In this document: positions 19,024-28,973 of the stretch, one piece after another | Position numbering within the stretch: position 1 is the stretch's first letter | Layout of the letters: every line of letters starts with the position of its first letter | Source: Planctomycetota bacterium | GTDB lineage: Bacteria > Planctomycetota > UBA1135 > UBA2386 | NCBI GenBank assembly: GCA_046290465.1 | Contig: JBKAGP010000001.1 | Coordinates: 5,504,001-5,568,000 of the forward strand | DNA: 64,000 nt | Reading direction: 5' to 3' | Program-made: the position numbers and the translations under genes | The notes under the pieces: model-generated | Database searches by the model: none | The model's input: only the letters and a program-made list of their open reading frames with translations | Told to the model about the DNA's origin: nothing

Positions 19024-19995
19024 GTGGCAAACCAGCACTTCTATCCCGTGATCGAGCCGTTCGAGCGCGGGGAGCTCGACGTTGGCGGCCCGCACACGCT
19101 CTACTGGGAACAGTGCGGCAACCCCGACGGCGAGCCGATCCTGTTCGTGCACGGCGGTCCGGGGGCCGGCTGTGGCGAGACCGATCGCCGCTTCTTCGAT
19201 CCGGCCCACTTCCGCATCGTGCTGCTCGACCAGCGCGGTTGCGGCCGTTCGCGGCCGGTCGGGGAGCTGCGCGACAACACCACCGACCACCTGATCGGCG
19301 ACTACGAACGGCTGCGCGAGCAGCTCGGCATCGACAGCTGGCACGTGTTCGGCGGGTCGTGGGGGAGCACGCTGTCGCTCGCCTACGCGCAGGCGCACCC
19401 CGATCGCTGCCGCACGCTGACCCTGCGCGGCATCTGGCTGCTGCTACAGGAGGAGCTCGACTGGTGGCTGTACGGGATGCGCCACATCCAGCCCGAGCGA
19501 TGGGACGAGTTCGCGGGCCACGTGCCGGAAGCCGAGCGCGGCGACCTGCTCGAGGCCTACTGGCGGCGCCTCAACGACGATGACCGCGAGGTCGCGCTGG
19601 CCGCGGCGATGCGCTGGTCGATCTACGAAGGCGCCAGCTGCACGCTGCGCGACAACCCGGAGTTCCTGTCGCACTTCGAGGATCCCGACGTCGCCTGGGC
19701 GGTCGCGCGGCTCGAGGCGCACTACTTCCGCAACGTGCGGTTCGAGCCGGACGACCGGCTGCTGCGCGGTGTCGACCGGATTCGGTCGATCCCCGGCTTC
19801 GTCGTGCACGGCCGCTACGACATCATCTGCCCGATCAAGTCAGCGATCGACCTGCACCGCGCCTGGCCCGAGGCGTCGCTGGTGGTCGTGCCCGATGCCG
19901 GCCACAGCTCGCACGAACCGGGCATCACCGAGCAGCTGGTCGCGGCGACCGATCGCATCCGCGACACCGGCAGCCCGGTGCTCGCGGCTGGCTGA
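19024..19995 (+). CDS. pip: Proline iminopeptidase
   Basis: HGGPGAG, DQRGCGRS, VFGGSWGSTL, HGRYDIICP, DAGHSSHE. Confidence 0.93.
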   Translation: MANQHFYPVIEPFERGELDVGGPHTLYWEQCGNPDGEPILFVHGGPGAGCGETDRRFFDPAHFRIVLLDQRGCGRSRPVGELRDNTTDHLIGDYERLREQLGIDSWHVFGGSWGSTLSLAYAQAHPDRCRTLTLRGIWLLLQEELDWWLYGMRHIQPERWDEFAGHVPEAERGDLLEAYWRRLNDDDREVALAAAMRWSIYEGASCTLRDNPEFLSHFEDPDVAWAVARLEAHYFRNVRFEPDDRLLRGVDRIRSIPGFVVHGRYDIICPIKSAIDLHRAWPEASLVVVPDAGHSSHEPGITEQLVAATDRIRDTGSPVLAAG

Positions 19996-20002
19996 CGCCG
20001 CG

Positions 20003-22321
20003 TTACAGGCCGACCGCGCCTTCGCCGGTGTTGGAGGTGATGAAGCCGCGCGGGTTGGCGGCGACGTCGAAGCCGACCGCCTGGTGCCAGACCGATTGGC
20101 CGAGCCACAGCGGATCGTTGGGGATCGGCAGCGCCCATTGGCCGCTGCCGGCGGTCTGCGGCACGACCTCGAGCACGATCATGTCGAGGCCGAGTTCGCA
20201 GCCGGGCATGCCGACCGGGCCGAGATCGACCTTCGGGTCGAACGGCGTCACGCCCGCGATCATCACGAACGCCGGCACCGCGGTCGGCGCATTGGCGACG
20301 TCGACCAGCATCGTCGAGCCGAGCACCGGGCGTGCGCTCGCAACGCCCGCGACCTGCATGGCCAGGCCGCTGGAGCCGGCACAGCCGCTGCCGCTGGTCC
20401 GGTAGCCGGCGATCGGCGCCGCCGCGCCGGCCCAGATCTGCTCGGCGCGGTCGTAGGCGTCGGTGCCGATCTCCTGGCCCATCAGGCGCCCCGGGATGTC
20501 GTCGCACGGCGGGTGGATGCCGCCCCAGATGCGCGACAGCGAGCACTGGTCGGAGGCGTCGTAGTAGCTGGCCCACTGCAGCGTGACGGTCACGCTCGGC
20601 CCCTCCTCGAACACCAGGAACTGGTTCTGCGGACAGACGAACTCGCCGAGGCCGCCGGGGAAGTACGGCGAGCCGGTGAACCGGTCCATGACCACCGCCG
20701 CGGCGCGGCTGTAGGTGCTGTGGCCGGAGACGTAGCCGGCGAACGGCGGCGTCACGAACGTCGGCCGCTGGTACGGCCACCAGTTCTCGAGCAGGATCCA
20801 GCCGACGCCGGCCAGGTCGGTCGCCGGGTTGCTGATGTAGTCCGGTCCGCGCCAGGCGTAGACGGCGACCTTGCCCTCCTCACCGGCGAGGTGTTCGTGA
20901 CGCTGGCCGGGCGCGGTGCTCGCCAGCGTGACCTCCTCGATGAAGCCCGGCCGGATCGTCACCGCCTCGGGGTCGGCCGGGTTGGCGAAGTAGCGATCGC
21001 CCAGGTAGCGCAGCGCGCTGATCGGGCGCAGGTAGTCGTACCAGCCCTTGACGCCCCACGCCGAGATCGCCGCGTCGTGCATCGCGCCACCGAGCGCCAG
21101 GTAGCCCTTCACGTCCCACTCGAGGTCGCTGACGACCGGGCCGGTGCCGCCGATCTGCTTGGCGGTCTGCGGGTGGTCGGTGACGTAGTTGAAGATCGTG
21201 AACCAGTGGCCCGGCGGCGTCTCCGAGTCGGGGCCGTCGGCCCAGAACTCGGCGAGCACGCGCGCGTAGTCGGCGCGCGGGACCATCTGCGGCGCGTACG
21301 GCTGGCCGGTCACCGGGTTGGTCGCGTAACCGGTGCCGAGGTCGCCGCCGTTGGCGAAGTCGTAGAACGCCGGGTAGCTGGCGGTGCTGGTCGGCAGCTG
21401 GTTGAGCTGGATGTTGCCGATCGACGCCGGCGATGCGTCGATCATCACGCCGTCGGCCGGGTCGAGGTGCGACGACCACGCCGAGACCATCTCGAAGCCC
21501 CACTTGTAGTCGTTCGCCGACGGCGTGTTGAGCAGCGGCGGCGCGCCCGGGTCGTGGTAGACCCACCATTCGGAGCCGAACCGTTCGTGCACCGTCAGGT
21601 CGTTCTGCGACAGCGCGAACTGCTTGACCCGGCCCCACTCGGGGCTGAGGAAGTCCGGGTAGCCGGTCGGGATCGGGATGCCCGACTGGCCGATGAAGAA
21701 CTGCAGCGCCAGCGGTTGCCAGCGGTCCGGGTTCCACATGTTCGGGTTGCCGGGGAAATCGGGCAGCAGCGGCGCGTTGACCGGGAAGTAGATCGTGTTG
21801 GCGTAGCCGTTGGCTTCGTTCGAGCGGTCGTCGAGGCCGTAGGCGAGCACGGTCGCGGCGATGCGGTTGCCGATCGCGGCCGGGGTGTTGCCGGTCGTCG
21901 TCGTGTTCGACGCGACGTAGCCGAGCTGCGTCATCATGCCGTCGTAGAGCGGCAGCATCGTCGGGCCGCCCGGCGACGCCTGGAAGCGCGCGGTCAGGAT
22001 CCGGTAGGCGGCGAAGCTGAGCGCCTCGCTGCGCCACGCGTCGATGTTCGGGTCGGTGGTCGGGTGCTCCTCGTCGAACAGCACGCAATCGGCCGTCGGG
22101 CTGTAGGTCGCCCACGCGTCCCACATCGCCACCGAGACGTGGTAGAGGTTGCGCGCGTGCACCGTCGGCCGGGCGAAGTCGCTGCGGATCGACTCGAGCA
22201 GCAGCTCGTTCCACTCGCGGGCTTCGGAGTGCTGGGCGCGGGCTTCGGCAGCTGCCGAGCCGAGGATGGCGAGCGCGAGCGAGAAGCGCAGCGCACGCCG
22301 GCAGGAAGCGAGGTCGGTCAT
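20003..22321 (-). CDS. Secreted vanadium-dependent haloperoxidase-family protein with shared C-terminal domain
   Basis: VKGWYDYLRP, PPFAGYVSGHSTYS, SRIWGGIHP vanadate-binding motifs; signal ending ARAQ. Confidence 0.85.
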   Translation of the reverse strand: MTDLASCRRALRFSLALAILGSAAAEARAQHSEAREWNELLLESIRSDFARPTVHARNLYHVSVAMWDAWATYSPTADCVLFDEEHPTTDPNIDAWRSEALSFAAYRILTARFQASPGGPTMLPLYDGMMTQLGYVASNTTTTGNTPAAIGNRIAATVLAYGLDDRSNEANGYANTIYFPVNAPLLPDFPGNPNMWNPDRWQPLALQFFIGQSGIPIPTGYPDFLSPEWGRVKQFALSQNDLTVHERFGSEWWVYHDPGAPPLLNTPSANDYKWGFEMVSAWSSHLDPADGVMIDASPASIGNIQLNQLPTSTASYPAFYDFANGGDLGTGYATNPVTGQPYAPQMVPRADYARVLAEFWADGPDSETPPGHWFTIFNYVTDHPQTAKQIGGTGPVVSDLEWDVKGYLALGGAMHDAAISAWGVKGWYDYLRPISALRYLGDRYFANPADPEAVTIRPGFIEEVTLASTAPGQRHEHLAGEEGKVAVYAWRGPDYISNPATDLAGVGWILLENWWPYQRPTFVTPPFAGYVSGHSTYSRAAAVVMDRFTGSPYFPGGLGEFVCPQNQFLVFEEGPSVTVTLQWASYYDASDQCSLSRIWGGIHPPCDDIPGRLMGQEIGTDAYDRAEQIWAGAAAPIAGYRTSGSGCAGSSGLAMQVAGVASARPVLGSTMLVDVANAPTAVPAFVMIAGVTPFDPKVDLGPVGMPGCELGLDMIVLEVVPQTAGSGQWALPIPNDPLWLGQSVWHQAVGFDVAANPRGFITSNTGEGAVGL

Positions 22322-22508
22322 CGAGGTGTGGTCGCCGCGGAAGGCGGTTGCAGGCGCTGGCAGGATAGCCCGTCGGCGTGCCCGATTGGGGGCCGCCGCG
22401 GTTGGCAGCCGCGCGCGGCGCGTTCGGCGCGATGCGCGGCCTTGCGGGCCCGCGAAAACGGCCTTGGCTCCGGCGGGCCGGCCCGCCATCCGGCAGGCCG
22501 CTCGGGTC

Positions 22509-23009
22509 TCACTTCGGGGCTTTGCGCGCCGGCGCCGGGGCGACGGGGGCCTGGCCGATGTGCGCGACCCGGGTCAGGGCGGCGAGGCGGCCGAGGTCGC
22601 TGCGCATCACCATCTCGGTGGTGCTGTACGAACCGTTGGCGTGCCGGTACCAGTCGACCCCGGCGTCGTTGCGTTCGACGGCGACGATCGGGCTCCACTC
22701 GCGCGGGCCCCAGTACTCGTGCAGCGGGGCCGCGTCGGTCGCGCCGTTGAGCGTCGGCACGTAGGTGCCGTCGGGCAGCAGCAGTTCGCGACGGTGGTCG
22801 GCGGCGGGGGCAGCGGTCGGTGGCGCCGTGGCGAGTCGGCCCCGGGCCGGGGCGGCCGGCGGCGGCGTCGCCGCGTCGACGCCCGTCCTGCTGGTCGTGC
22901 CCAGAGCCGGCTCGCCGTCCCGGCCGCCGGCGGCGAACGCCGCGCCGGCCCCGACTGCGAGCAACAGGACCGCGAGCAGCAGGGCCGCGACCGTGCCCGT
23001 GCGGATCAC
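22509..23009 (-). CDS. Hypothetical exported or membrane-anchored protein
   Basis: GTG start overlaps the upstream stop (GTGA); hydrophobic N-terminus, Pro/Ala linker, LLLPDGTYVPTLNG domain. Confidence 0.6.
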   Translation of the reverse strand: MIRTGTVAALLLAVLLLAVGAGAAFAAGGRDGEPALGTTSRTGVDAATPPPAAPARGRLATAPPTAAPAADHRRELLLPDGTYVPTLNGATDAAPLHEYWGPREWSPIVAVERNDAGVDWYRHANGSYSTTEMVMRSDLGRLAALTRVAHIGQAPVAPAPARKAPK

Positions 23010-24121
23010 AGGTGCACCGCCTGCGCGTTGGTCCACTGCGCGAGGTTGATGCCGGTGTCCCAGACGATCGCCTGCAGGATGATGTCGGAGCCCATCATGG
23101 TCGGCGGGATGCTCGCCGGCGGCGCCAGCGGCAGGTCGACCTCGCCGTTGCTCAGCGACGTGATGCCGAGCGGGATCGCCTGCGAGGTGTCGCCGATGTG
23201 GCTGTGCGCGATCAGCGTGCCGATCAGCGGCCAGACGAACAGCGGCGGCTCGAACTGGTAGTTCGCGCCGAGCATCACGACGCCGTTCGGCGCCAGCGAG
23301 TCGGTGATGCGGACCATCAGGCCGTCGCATCGCGGCGTGCCGCTGACGTCGGGCCACAGGCCGTTCATGCTCAGGTTGGCGCCGGGGGCGCCGAGGCGCG
23401 TGCTGTTCGGGTCGAGGCCACCGACGTGCAGGTTGGGTGACGTGACCAGCGGGCCGAGGATGTAGGTCCACGGGGTCGTGTAGGGCACGCCGTTGAGGCT
23501 GCCTCCCCAGGTCGGGTCGGGGGCGCCGAGGCGTTCGTTCTCGCCGACGGTCGCGGCGGTGCCGGCGCTCAGCAGGTCGGCGCGGAACAGCGCGTGGCCG
23601 TCGGTCGCGGGCCAGTTGGGGTTGGCGGGCAGATCGATGCCGACGTAGTAGCGGCCCTCCGACGGCGCGAACGTCGGCAGCAGCGCCAGCGGCGCTTGCG
23701 AGCCGAAGCCGTCGTTGACGATCCAGGTGCCGCGTGCGGTCGACGTCGACGGCGGCGACGTCAGGCCCGAGATCCGCAGCGCCTCGCCGGCCGGCGACAT
23801 GTCGGGGCCGGGGCCGTTCGGGTCCTGGTTGCGGATCACCACGTCGTAGGTCTCCGACGTCGACAGGTTCTCGTCGGCGAGCCAGTGGTAGACGCCGAAC
23901 AGGTAGATCGGGCCGTTGGCGTCGCCGACGCTGCGGAAGTGGTCGGTCGTCACCTCCATCATCGCCTCGGCCTGGTTGGCCATGTCCGGCCGGCCGACGT
24001 ACGACGTGCAGGTAATGGTCTGCCGCTCCGGGTCCTGCGGATAGAAGACGAACGGGTTGGTCTGGGCGAGGGTGGCTCCGGCCAGCAGGGCGACGGCGCC
24101 GAGGGTGCGCGTGTGGGTCAT
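23006..24121 (-). CDS. Secreted hypothetical protein with divergent shared-type C-terminus
   Basis: MTHTRTLGAVALLAGATLAQ signal; ends IPPTMMGSDIILQAIVWD...WTNAQAVHL. Confidence 0.75.
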   Translation of the reverse strand: MTHTRTLGAVALLAGATLAQTNPFVFYPQDPERQTITCTSYVGRPDMANQAEAMMEVTTDHFRSVGDANGPIYLFGVYHWLADENLSTSETYDVVIRNQDPNGPGPDMSPAGEALRISGLTSPPSTSTARGTWIVNDGFGSQAPLALLPTFAPSEGRYYVGIDLPANPNWPATDGHALFRADLLSAGTAATVGENERLGAPDPTWGGSLNGVPYTTPWTYILGPLVTSPNLHVGGLDPNSTRLGAPGANLSMNGLWPDVSGTPRCDGLMVRITDSLAPNGVVMLGANYQFEPPLFVWPLIGTLIAHSHIGDTSQAIPLGITSLSNGEVDLPLAPPASIPPTMMGSDIILQAIVWDTGINLAQWTNAQAVHL

Positions 24122-24225
24122 GCAGACTCCGTGGTTCGACGGAGTGCGTGAGAGAGATTGGCGCGGCCAGTACCCGCGCCGTCGCCGCCGGTAACGCCGA
24201 AACGTGCGATTCTGCACTGCCGGGC

Positions 24226-25011
24226 TCAGCCCTTCGGTCGGGGTTGTTGCATCGCCAGCAACTTCTTCTGGTAGCGACCCTGCACGATGTCGACGACCAC
24301 CAGCACGGCGATCACGAAGTAGAACGTCGACTTGGCCATCGGTTCGATGTGGTAGCCGAAGAACGCCAGGTCGGCCAGGTGGCCGCCTTCGCTGAGCAGC
24401 ATCACGCCGACCAGCAGCAGCACGAACAGGCCGAGCACCTCGTACATGCGGTTCTTCTGCAAGAACTGCGAGACCCGGTCGGCGAGCCAGATCATCAGCA
24501 GGCCCGAGATCACCACCGCCACCGCCATCGTCGCGAAGTTGTCGGTCAGCGCGATCGCGCCGAGGATCGAGTCGAACGAGAACACCAGGTTCATCAGCAC
24601 GATCATCGTCACCGCCTTGGCGACGCTGACCTGCGCCGGGCCGTCGGCGTGGCGGGTGATGTCCGGCGGCGCGAGCATGTGGAAGATCTCCTTCACGGCG
24701 GTCCACAGGATGAAGCCGCCGCCGAGCAGCACGATCAGCGCGTGGCCGCTCATCGCCATGTGCACCGGGCTGGTCTCGACGTGCAGGAACGGGTCCTCGA
24801 AGAACTTGATCGCCTGCGTCAGGATGAACAGCAGCGCGATGCGCAGCACGATCGCGATCGAGATGCCCGTGCGGCGCACCCGCTGGCGGTCCTGCTCCGC
24901 GACGCGTTTGCTCTCCATCGAGATGTAGAGCAGGTTGTCGAAGCCGAGCACCGCCTGCAGCAGCGTCAGCATCAGCAGGGTGAGGAGGTTGTCGATCGAG
25001 AAGAAGTCCAT
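24226..25011 (-). CDS. TerC family membrane protein
   Basis: LQAVLGFDNLLYI, MNLVFSFDSIL, LLSEGGHLA. Confidence 0.9.
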   Translation of the reverse strand: MDFFSIDNLLTLLMLTLLQAVLGFDNLLYISMESKRVAEQDRQRVRRTGISIAIVLRIALLFILTQAIKFFEDPFLHVETSPVHMAMSGHALIVLLGGGFILWTAVKEIFHMLAPPDITRHADGPAQVSVAKAVTMIVLMNLVFSFDSILGAIALTDNFATMAVAVVISGLLMIWLADRVSQFLQKNRMYEVLGLFVLLLVGVMLLSEGGHLADLAFFGYHIEPMAKSTFYFVIAVLVVVDIVQGRYQKKLLAMQQPRPKG

Positions 25012-25247
25012 CGCCGCTGCGGAGTCTAGTGTAGAGCGTCCGACATGCGTCGCATTCTGCGCGGCCGTCGCCGACCGTCGCCGGCGTAGCTGCTCGCCGA
25101 CAGGATGTCCGGAACCTGCCTTCGTCGCAGCGCATGGCGACGAACGACGCCGACTCGCGGATCATGCCCCGTCTGCCAGGCGCCCTGCCCTGGTGCCGCG
25201 CGGCACCAGTGCGACGAGAAGTCGCAATCAGCAGCCCCGGGGCCGGC

Positions 25248-26075
25248 TCAGCCGATCAGCTGCAGGGCCAGCTGCGGCTGCGAGTTGGCCTGGGCCAGGA
25301 TCGCGACCGCCGCCTGCTGCAGGATCTGGTTGCGCGCCAGATCGGCGGTCTCGCGCGCGATGTCGACGTCGCGGATGCGCGACTCGGCCGCGGCCAGGTT
25401 CTCGGCCTGCACGGTCAGGTTGTTGATCGTGAACTGCAGCCGGTTCTGCATCGCGCCGAAGCGGCCGCGGGTGCGCGCGACGCTGTCGATCGCGGTGTCG
25501 ATCGCGTCCATCGCGGTGGTCGCCGCGCCGACGTTGCTGAGGCCGAGCACGTCGAGGCCGAGGCCGGTCGCCAGCACCGGGGACAGGCCGGCGCTCAGGG
25601 TGTTGACGGTCTGGTCGGTACCCGCGCCGACCTGGAACGTCACCGTCGACGACGATCCGTCCAGCAGGTTGATGCCGTTGAACGCCGTCGAACGGCCGAT
25701 GCGGTCGATCTCGTCGACCAGCACCTGGAACTCCTCGTCCAGCGTCTGGCGGTCGGCCGACGAGATCGTGCCGTTGGCCGACTGCACCGCGAGTTCGCGC
25801 AGACGCAGCAGGATGTTGCCGACCTCGTCGAGCGCGCCCTCGCCGGTCTGCACCAGGGAGATGCCGTCCTGCGCGTTGCGCCGGGCCTGGTCGAGCGAGC
25901 GGACCTGGGCGCGCAGCCGTTCGGAGATCGCCAGGCCCGCGGCGTCGTCGGCCGCCGTGTTGATGCGCAGGCCGGTCGCGAGCCTGCGGAAGTTGCCGGC
26001 CAGGCGCTCGTTGATCGAGGCCAGCGCCCGCTGCGCGGTTCGCGACGCGATGTTGGTGTTGATGCGCAGGGCCAT
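25248..26075 (-). CDS. fliC: Flagellin (short, 275 aa)
   Basis: MALRINTNIAS, RLATGLRINTAADDAAGLAIS, RNAQDGISLVQTGEGAL, SRIRDVDIARETA...QAN. Confidence 0.92.
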   Translation of the reverse strand: MALRINTNIASRTAQRALASINERLAGNFRRLATGLRINTAADDAAGLAISERLRAQVRSLDQARRNAQDGISLVQTGEGALDEVGNILLRLRELAVQSANGTISSADRQTLDEEFQVLVDEIDRIGRSTAFNGINLLDGSSSTVTFQVGAGTDQTVNTLSAGLSPVLATGLGLDVLGLSNVGAATTAMDAIDTAIDSVARTRGRFGAMQNRLQFTINNLTVQAENLAAAESRIRDVDIARETADLARNQILQQAAVAILAQANSQPQLALQLIG

Positions 26076-26232
26076 GGCTCCGGCAGGCATCGGCCGTCCT
26101 CGCGGCCGGGCCACAACGCGCGGCGCACCGCGCGGTGGTGCCGACGCTTCGATGCCATGGCGAACGGGCCGGCCGAGGTTCTGGCGGTCCGCAGGGACCG
26201 CCGGGCGGCCGTTCGCGTAGCATCCGGGCCGC

Positions 26233-26784
26233 ATGAGTCGCCGCACCAAGATCGCCCTGATCGTCCTGTTGCTGTTGCTGCCGGCCGCCTGGTTCGGCGG
26301 CATGGCCTACATCCGCTCGCACGTCACCGACCTGATCCAGCACGCCGTCGACAAGCCGCTGCCCGACTTCACGCTGGTCGACCGCGACGGCAAGACGTGG
26401 TCCAAGCAGGACCTGCTCGGCAAGCGCGCGGTGCTGCACTTCTTCCGCTCGTACTGCCACTCGTGCGACGTCGAGGCGCCGGCGATCCGCGCGCTCGAGC
26501 AGGCCAGGCCGGACGACACCATCTGGCTGCACGTGATGACCGACGTCGTGCTCGACGTCGACGAGGCGACCACCGAGGCGACCATCGCCCGCAAGGAGTT
26601 CACGGCGCCGATCCTGATGGCGGACGAGGCGTTCATGGAGCTGTTCCACAAGGCCAGGTGGTCGCAGGTGACGCCGATCACCTACGTGGTCGACAAGCAG
26701 GGCATGGTGCGATTCGGCCTGCGCGGGCTGCAGACCGAGCAGACGATCTCGGCGGCGGTGTCGGCCGTTGGCAAGGGCGGGTAG
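26233..26784 (+). CDS. Membrane-anchored TlpA/redoxin-like thioredoxin-fold protein
   Basis: N-terminal TM; PDFTLVDRDGK; SYCHSC (CxxC); TPITYVVDKQG. Confidence 0.85.
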   Translation: MSRRTKIALIVLLLLLPAAWFGGMAYIRSHVTDLIQHAVDKPLPDFTLVDRDGKTWSKQDLLGKRAVLHFFRSYCHSCDVEAPAIRALEQARPDDTIWLHVMTDVVLDVDEATTEATIARKEFTAPILMADEAFMELFHKARWSQVTPITYVVDKQGMVRFGLRGLQTEQTISAAVSAVGKGG

Positions 26785-26867
26785 CATCCGCGGCAGGCTC
26801 GCGGCGGCGCATGCCGCGGCGCTGCCCCGGAACCCGATCGCGGCCACCGCGTTGGCCGCCCGCTGCC

Positions 26868-27725
26868 ATGAACCCGACCCCGACCGCGTTCGTCCTGAGC
26901 CTCGCCGTCGCCGCAGCGCTGTCCGCGCAGGACCGCCCCAAGGACCCGCTGGCAGCCGCCTGGTGGGATGCCTTGGCCGCGGCGAAGCAGCACAAGGCAC
27001 CGATCCTGGCGTTCGTGTTGCCACCGAAGGGGCAGCTTGCCGTCGGCGATCGTGCCGCGCGGACCCGCAAGGCCGAGGTCGCGGCCGGCATCCTGCGGGT
27101 CGGTCGCGCGCCGGCGATGCGCACGGCCAGGGACGTGATGCTGCGCCAGGTGCAGCTGCTGCGGCGCTACGACGGAACCCTGATGGAGCAGCCCAGGCCG
27201 ACCGATGCGCAGATGGTGTTCGCGCTGTCCGTGCCGGTGTTCGCCAGCGCCGCGGCCTGCGGCGCGAAGGAGCGCGAGAACGTCGTGCTGCTCGACGCGC
27301 GCGGCCAGCGGCTGCGCGGCTTCGGTCTCGATCTGCTCAACCGCGACGCATTCGTGAAGGCGCTCGGCGCGCCGTTGTTCGACCGGCAGGCGATCCTGGC
27401 GCGGCAGGCGACCGTGACCCCGGCCGGTCGGCAGGCGCTGGCGTCGCTGCAGCGGGAGCTGCGCGAGAACGAGGGCCGGGTGTCCGCCTACGCCGCCGAG
27501 CAGAAGCTCGCGACGCTGGCGCCGCGGCTGCACGACCTGGGCCCGGCCCTGGTCGAGGAACGTGAGGGCAAGCTCGCGCCGGTGCGGGAGTTGTGGGGCA
27601 TCGAGGGCGCGCGTGCGCCGCTCGGGACCAAGGCCGAGCAGCAGCTCGGCGACCCGTGCCCGGGGTGCGGCATGGGCTACACGCCACCCGCCCTGCAAAC
27701 GATCCTGAAGCTGGTCGGGCCGTAA
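26868..27725 (+). CDS. Secreted 285-aa protein with near-C-terminal CPGCGMG motif (candidate MNIO substrate)
   Basis: Signal MNPTPTAFVLSLAVAAALSAQ; ends GDPCPGCGMGYTPPALQTILKLVGP. Confidence 0.75.
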   Translation: MNPTPTAFVLSLAVAAALSAQDRPKDPLAAAWWDALAAAKQHKAPILAFVLPPKGQLAVGDRAARTRKAEVAAGILRVGRAPAMRTARDVMLRQVQLLRRYDGTLMEQPRPTDAQMVFALSVPVFASAAACGAKERENVVLLDARGQRLRGFGLDLLNRDAFVKALGAPLFDRQAILARQATVTPAGRQALASLQRELRENEGRVSAYAAEQKLATLAPRLHDLGPALVEEREGKLAPVRELWGIEGARAPLGTKAEQQLGDPCPGCGMGYTPPALQTILKLVGP

Positions 27726-27895
27726 CTTCGTCGTCGCCGATGCCTAGGAGGAGCTGAGTCGGTCCGCCGGCTCTGGCGCTGCTGCACGCTGCCACGTGCA
27801 TCCTGTCTTCTCTCCAAGGGTCCCATCGCAACGACTCCTCCCCGGGGCGGCGAAGCAGCAGCGCCTTCCATCCGCCGGCCGTTAGGATCGCGGCC

Positions 27896-28957
27896 ATGCC
27901 ACGTCTCTCCTCCGTCGTCGCGGCCGTGCTGGCCGCGATCGCGTTCGTCGCCGCGAGCCCGTGCCAGAACGGCAGCAAGCGGGCGGTCCAGGTCTTCGTG
28001 CTGGCCGGCCAGTCCAACATGGAGGGCAAGTCCCAGAACAAGCTCTGGGAGCACCAGTGCGTCGCCGACGCGACCCGCGCGTTCTTCGCGCCGTTCCGCG
28101 ATGCCGCGAACGAAAGCTGGGTCGTGCGCGACGACGTCTGGATCAAGTTCTTCGGCAGGAAGGGGCCGTTGACGCTCGGCTTCGGCAGCAACGGGCGCAC
28201 CGGCCTCGAGTATGCGTTCGGTCTGCGCGTCGGCGATCACTTCGAGGAGCCGGTGCTGCTGATCAAGACCGCGTGGGGCGGCCGTTCGATCCGCAGGGAC
28301 TTCCGGCCGCCGTCGGCGGGGCTGCCGGGCGACGCGGTGCTCGACAAGGAGCTCGCCGACGCCGTCAAGCGCACCAGGAACAACAACGAGAAGCGCAAGC
28401 GCAACGACCCGCTGCCGACGCGCGAGCAGATCGTGGCCGGCTACGGTCGCGACTACCGCCTGATGATCGAGGAGGTGCAGCAGACCGTCGCGGCGGCCGG
28501 CTCGCTGTTCCCGCAGCTGCAGGGTCGCGAAGCGCAGCTGGCGGGCTTCGTCTGGTTCCAGGGTTGGAACGACCAGTACGGCGGCGCCGAGCTCGAGTAC
28601 GAGCAGAACCTGCGCCACCTGATCGCCGACGTGCGCAAGGACCTCGGCGTCGACGACCTGCCCGTGGTCATCGGCGTGATGGGCCAGAACGGCGCCGAGC
28701 CGGCCAAGGGCGCGATGCTGGCGATCCAGCGGGCGCAGACCAAGGTCGCCGATCTCGACGGGGTGGTCGCGGTGACGACCGCCGACCTGCAGGATGCGGC
28801 GGCCGCCAAGCTCTACCCGGAGTGGAAGAAGCGCTTCGAGGAGTGGGAGCGCACCGGCTCGGACCACCCGTACCATTACCTCGGCAGCGCGATCTGGTAC
28901 TCGCGCATCGGCTTCGCGCTGGCCGACGCCGTGATCGAACTGCAGGGCGGGCGATGA
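27896..28957 (+). CDS. Sialate O-acetylesterase-like (SASA/DUF303, SGNH) secreted protein
   Basis: VFVLAGQSNMEG, LLIKTAWGG, FVWFQGWND, YHYLGS. Confidence 0.88.
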   Translation: MPRLSSVVAAVLAAIAFVAASPCQNGSKRAVQVFVLAGQSNMEGKSQNKLWEHQCVADATRAFFAPFRDAANESWVVRDDVWIKFFGRKGPLTLGFGSNGRTGLEYAFGLRVGDHFEEPVLLIKTAWGGRSIRRDFRPPSAGLPGDAVLDKELADAVKRTRNNNEKRKRNDPLPTREQIVAGYGRDYRLMIEEVQQTVAAAGSLFPQLQGREAQLAGFVWFQGWNDQYGGAELEYEQNLRHLIADVRKDLGVDDLPVVIGVMGQNGAEPAKGAMLAIQRAQTKVADLDGVVAVTTADLQDAAAAKLYPEWKKRFEEWERTGSDHPYHYLGSAIWYSRIGFALADAVIELQGGR

Positions 28958-28973
28958 GACTCTGTGACGAGCG

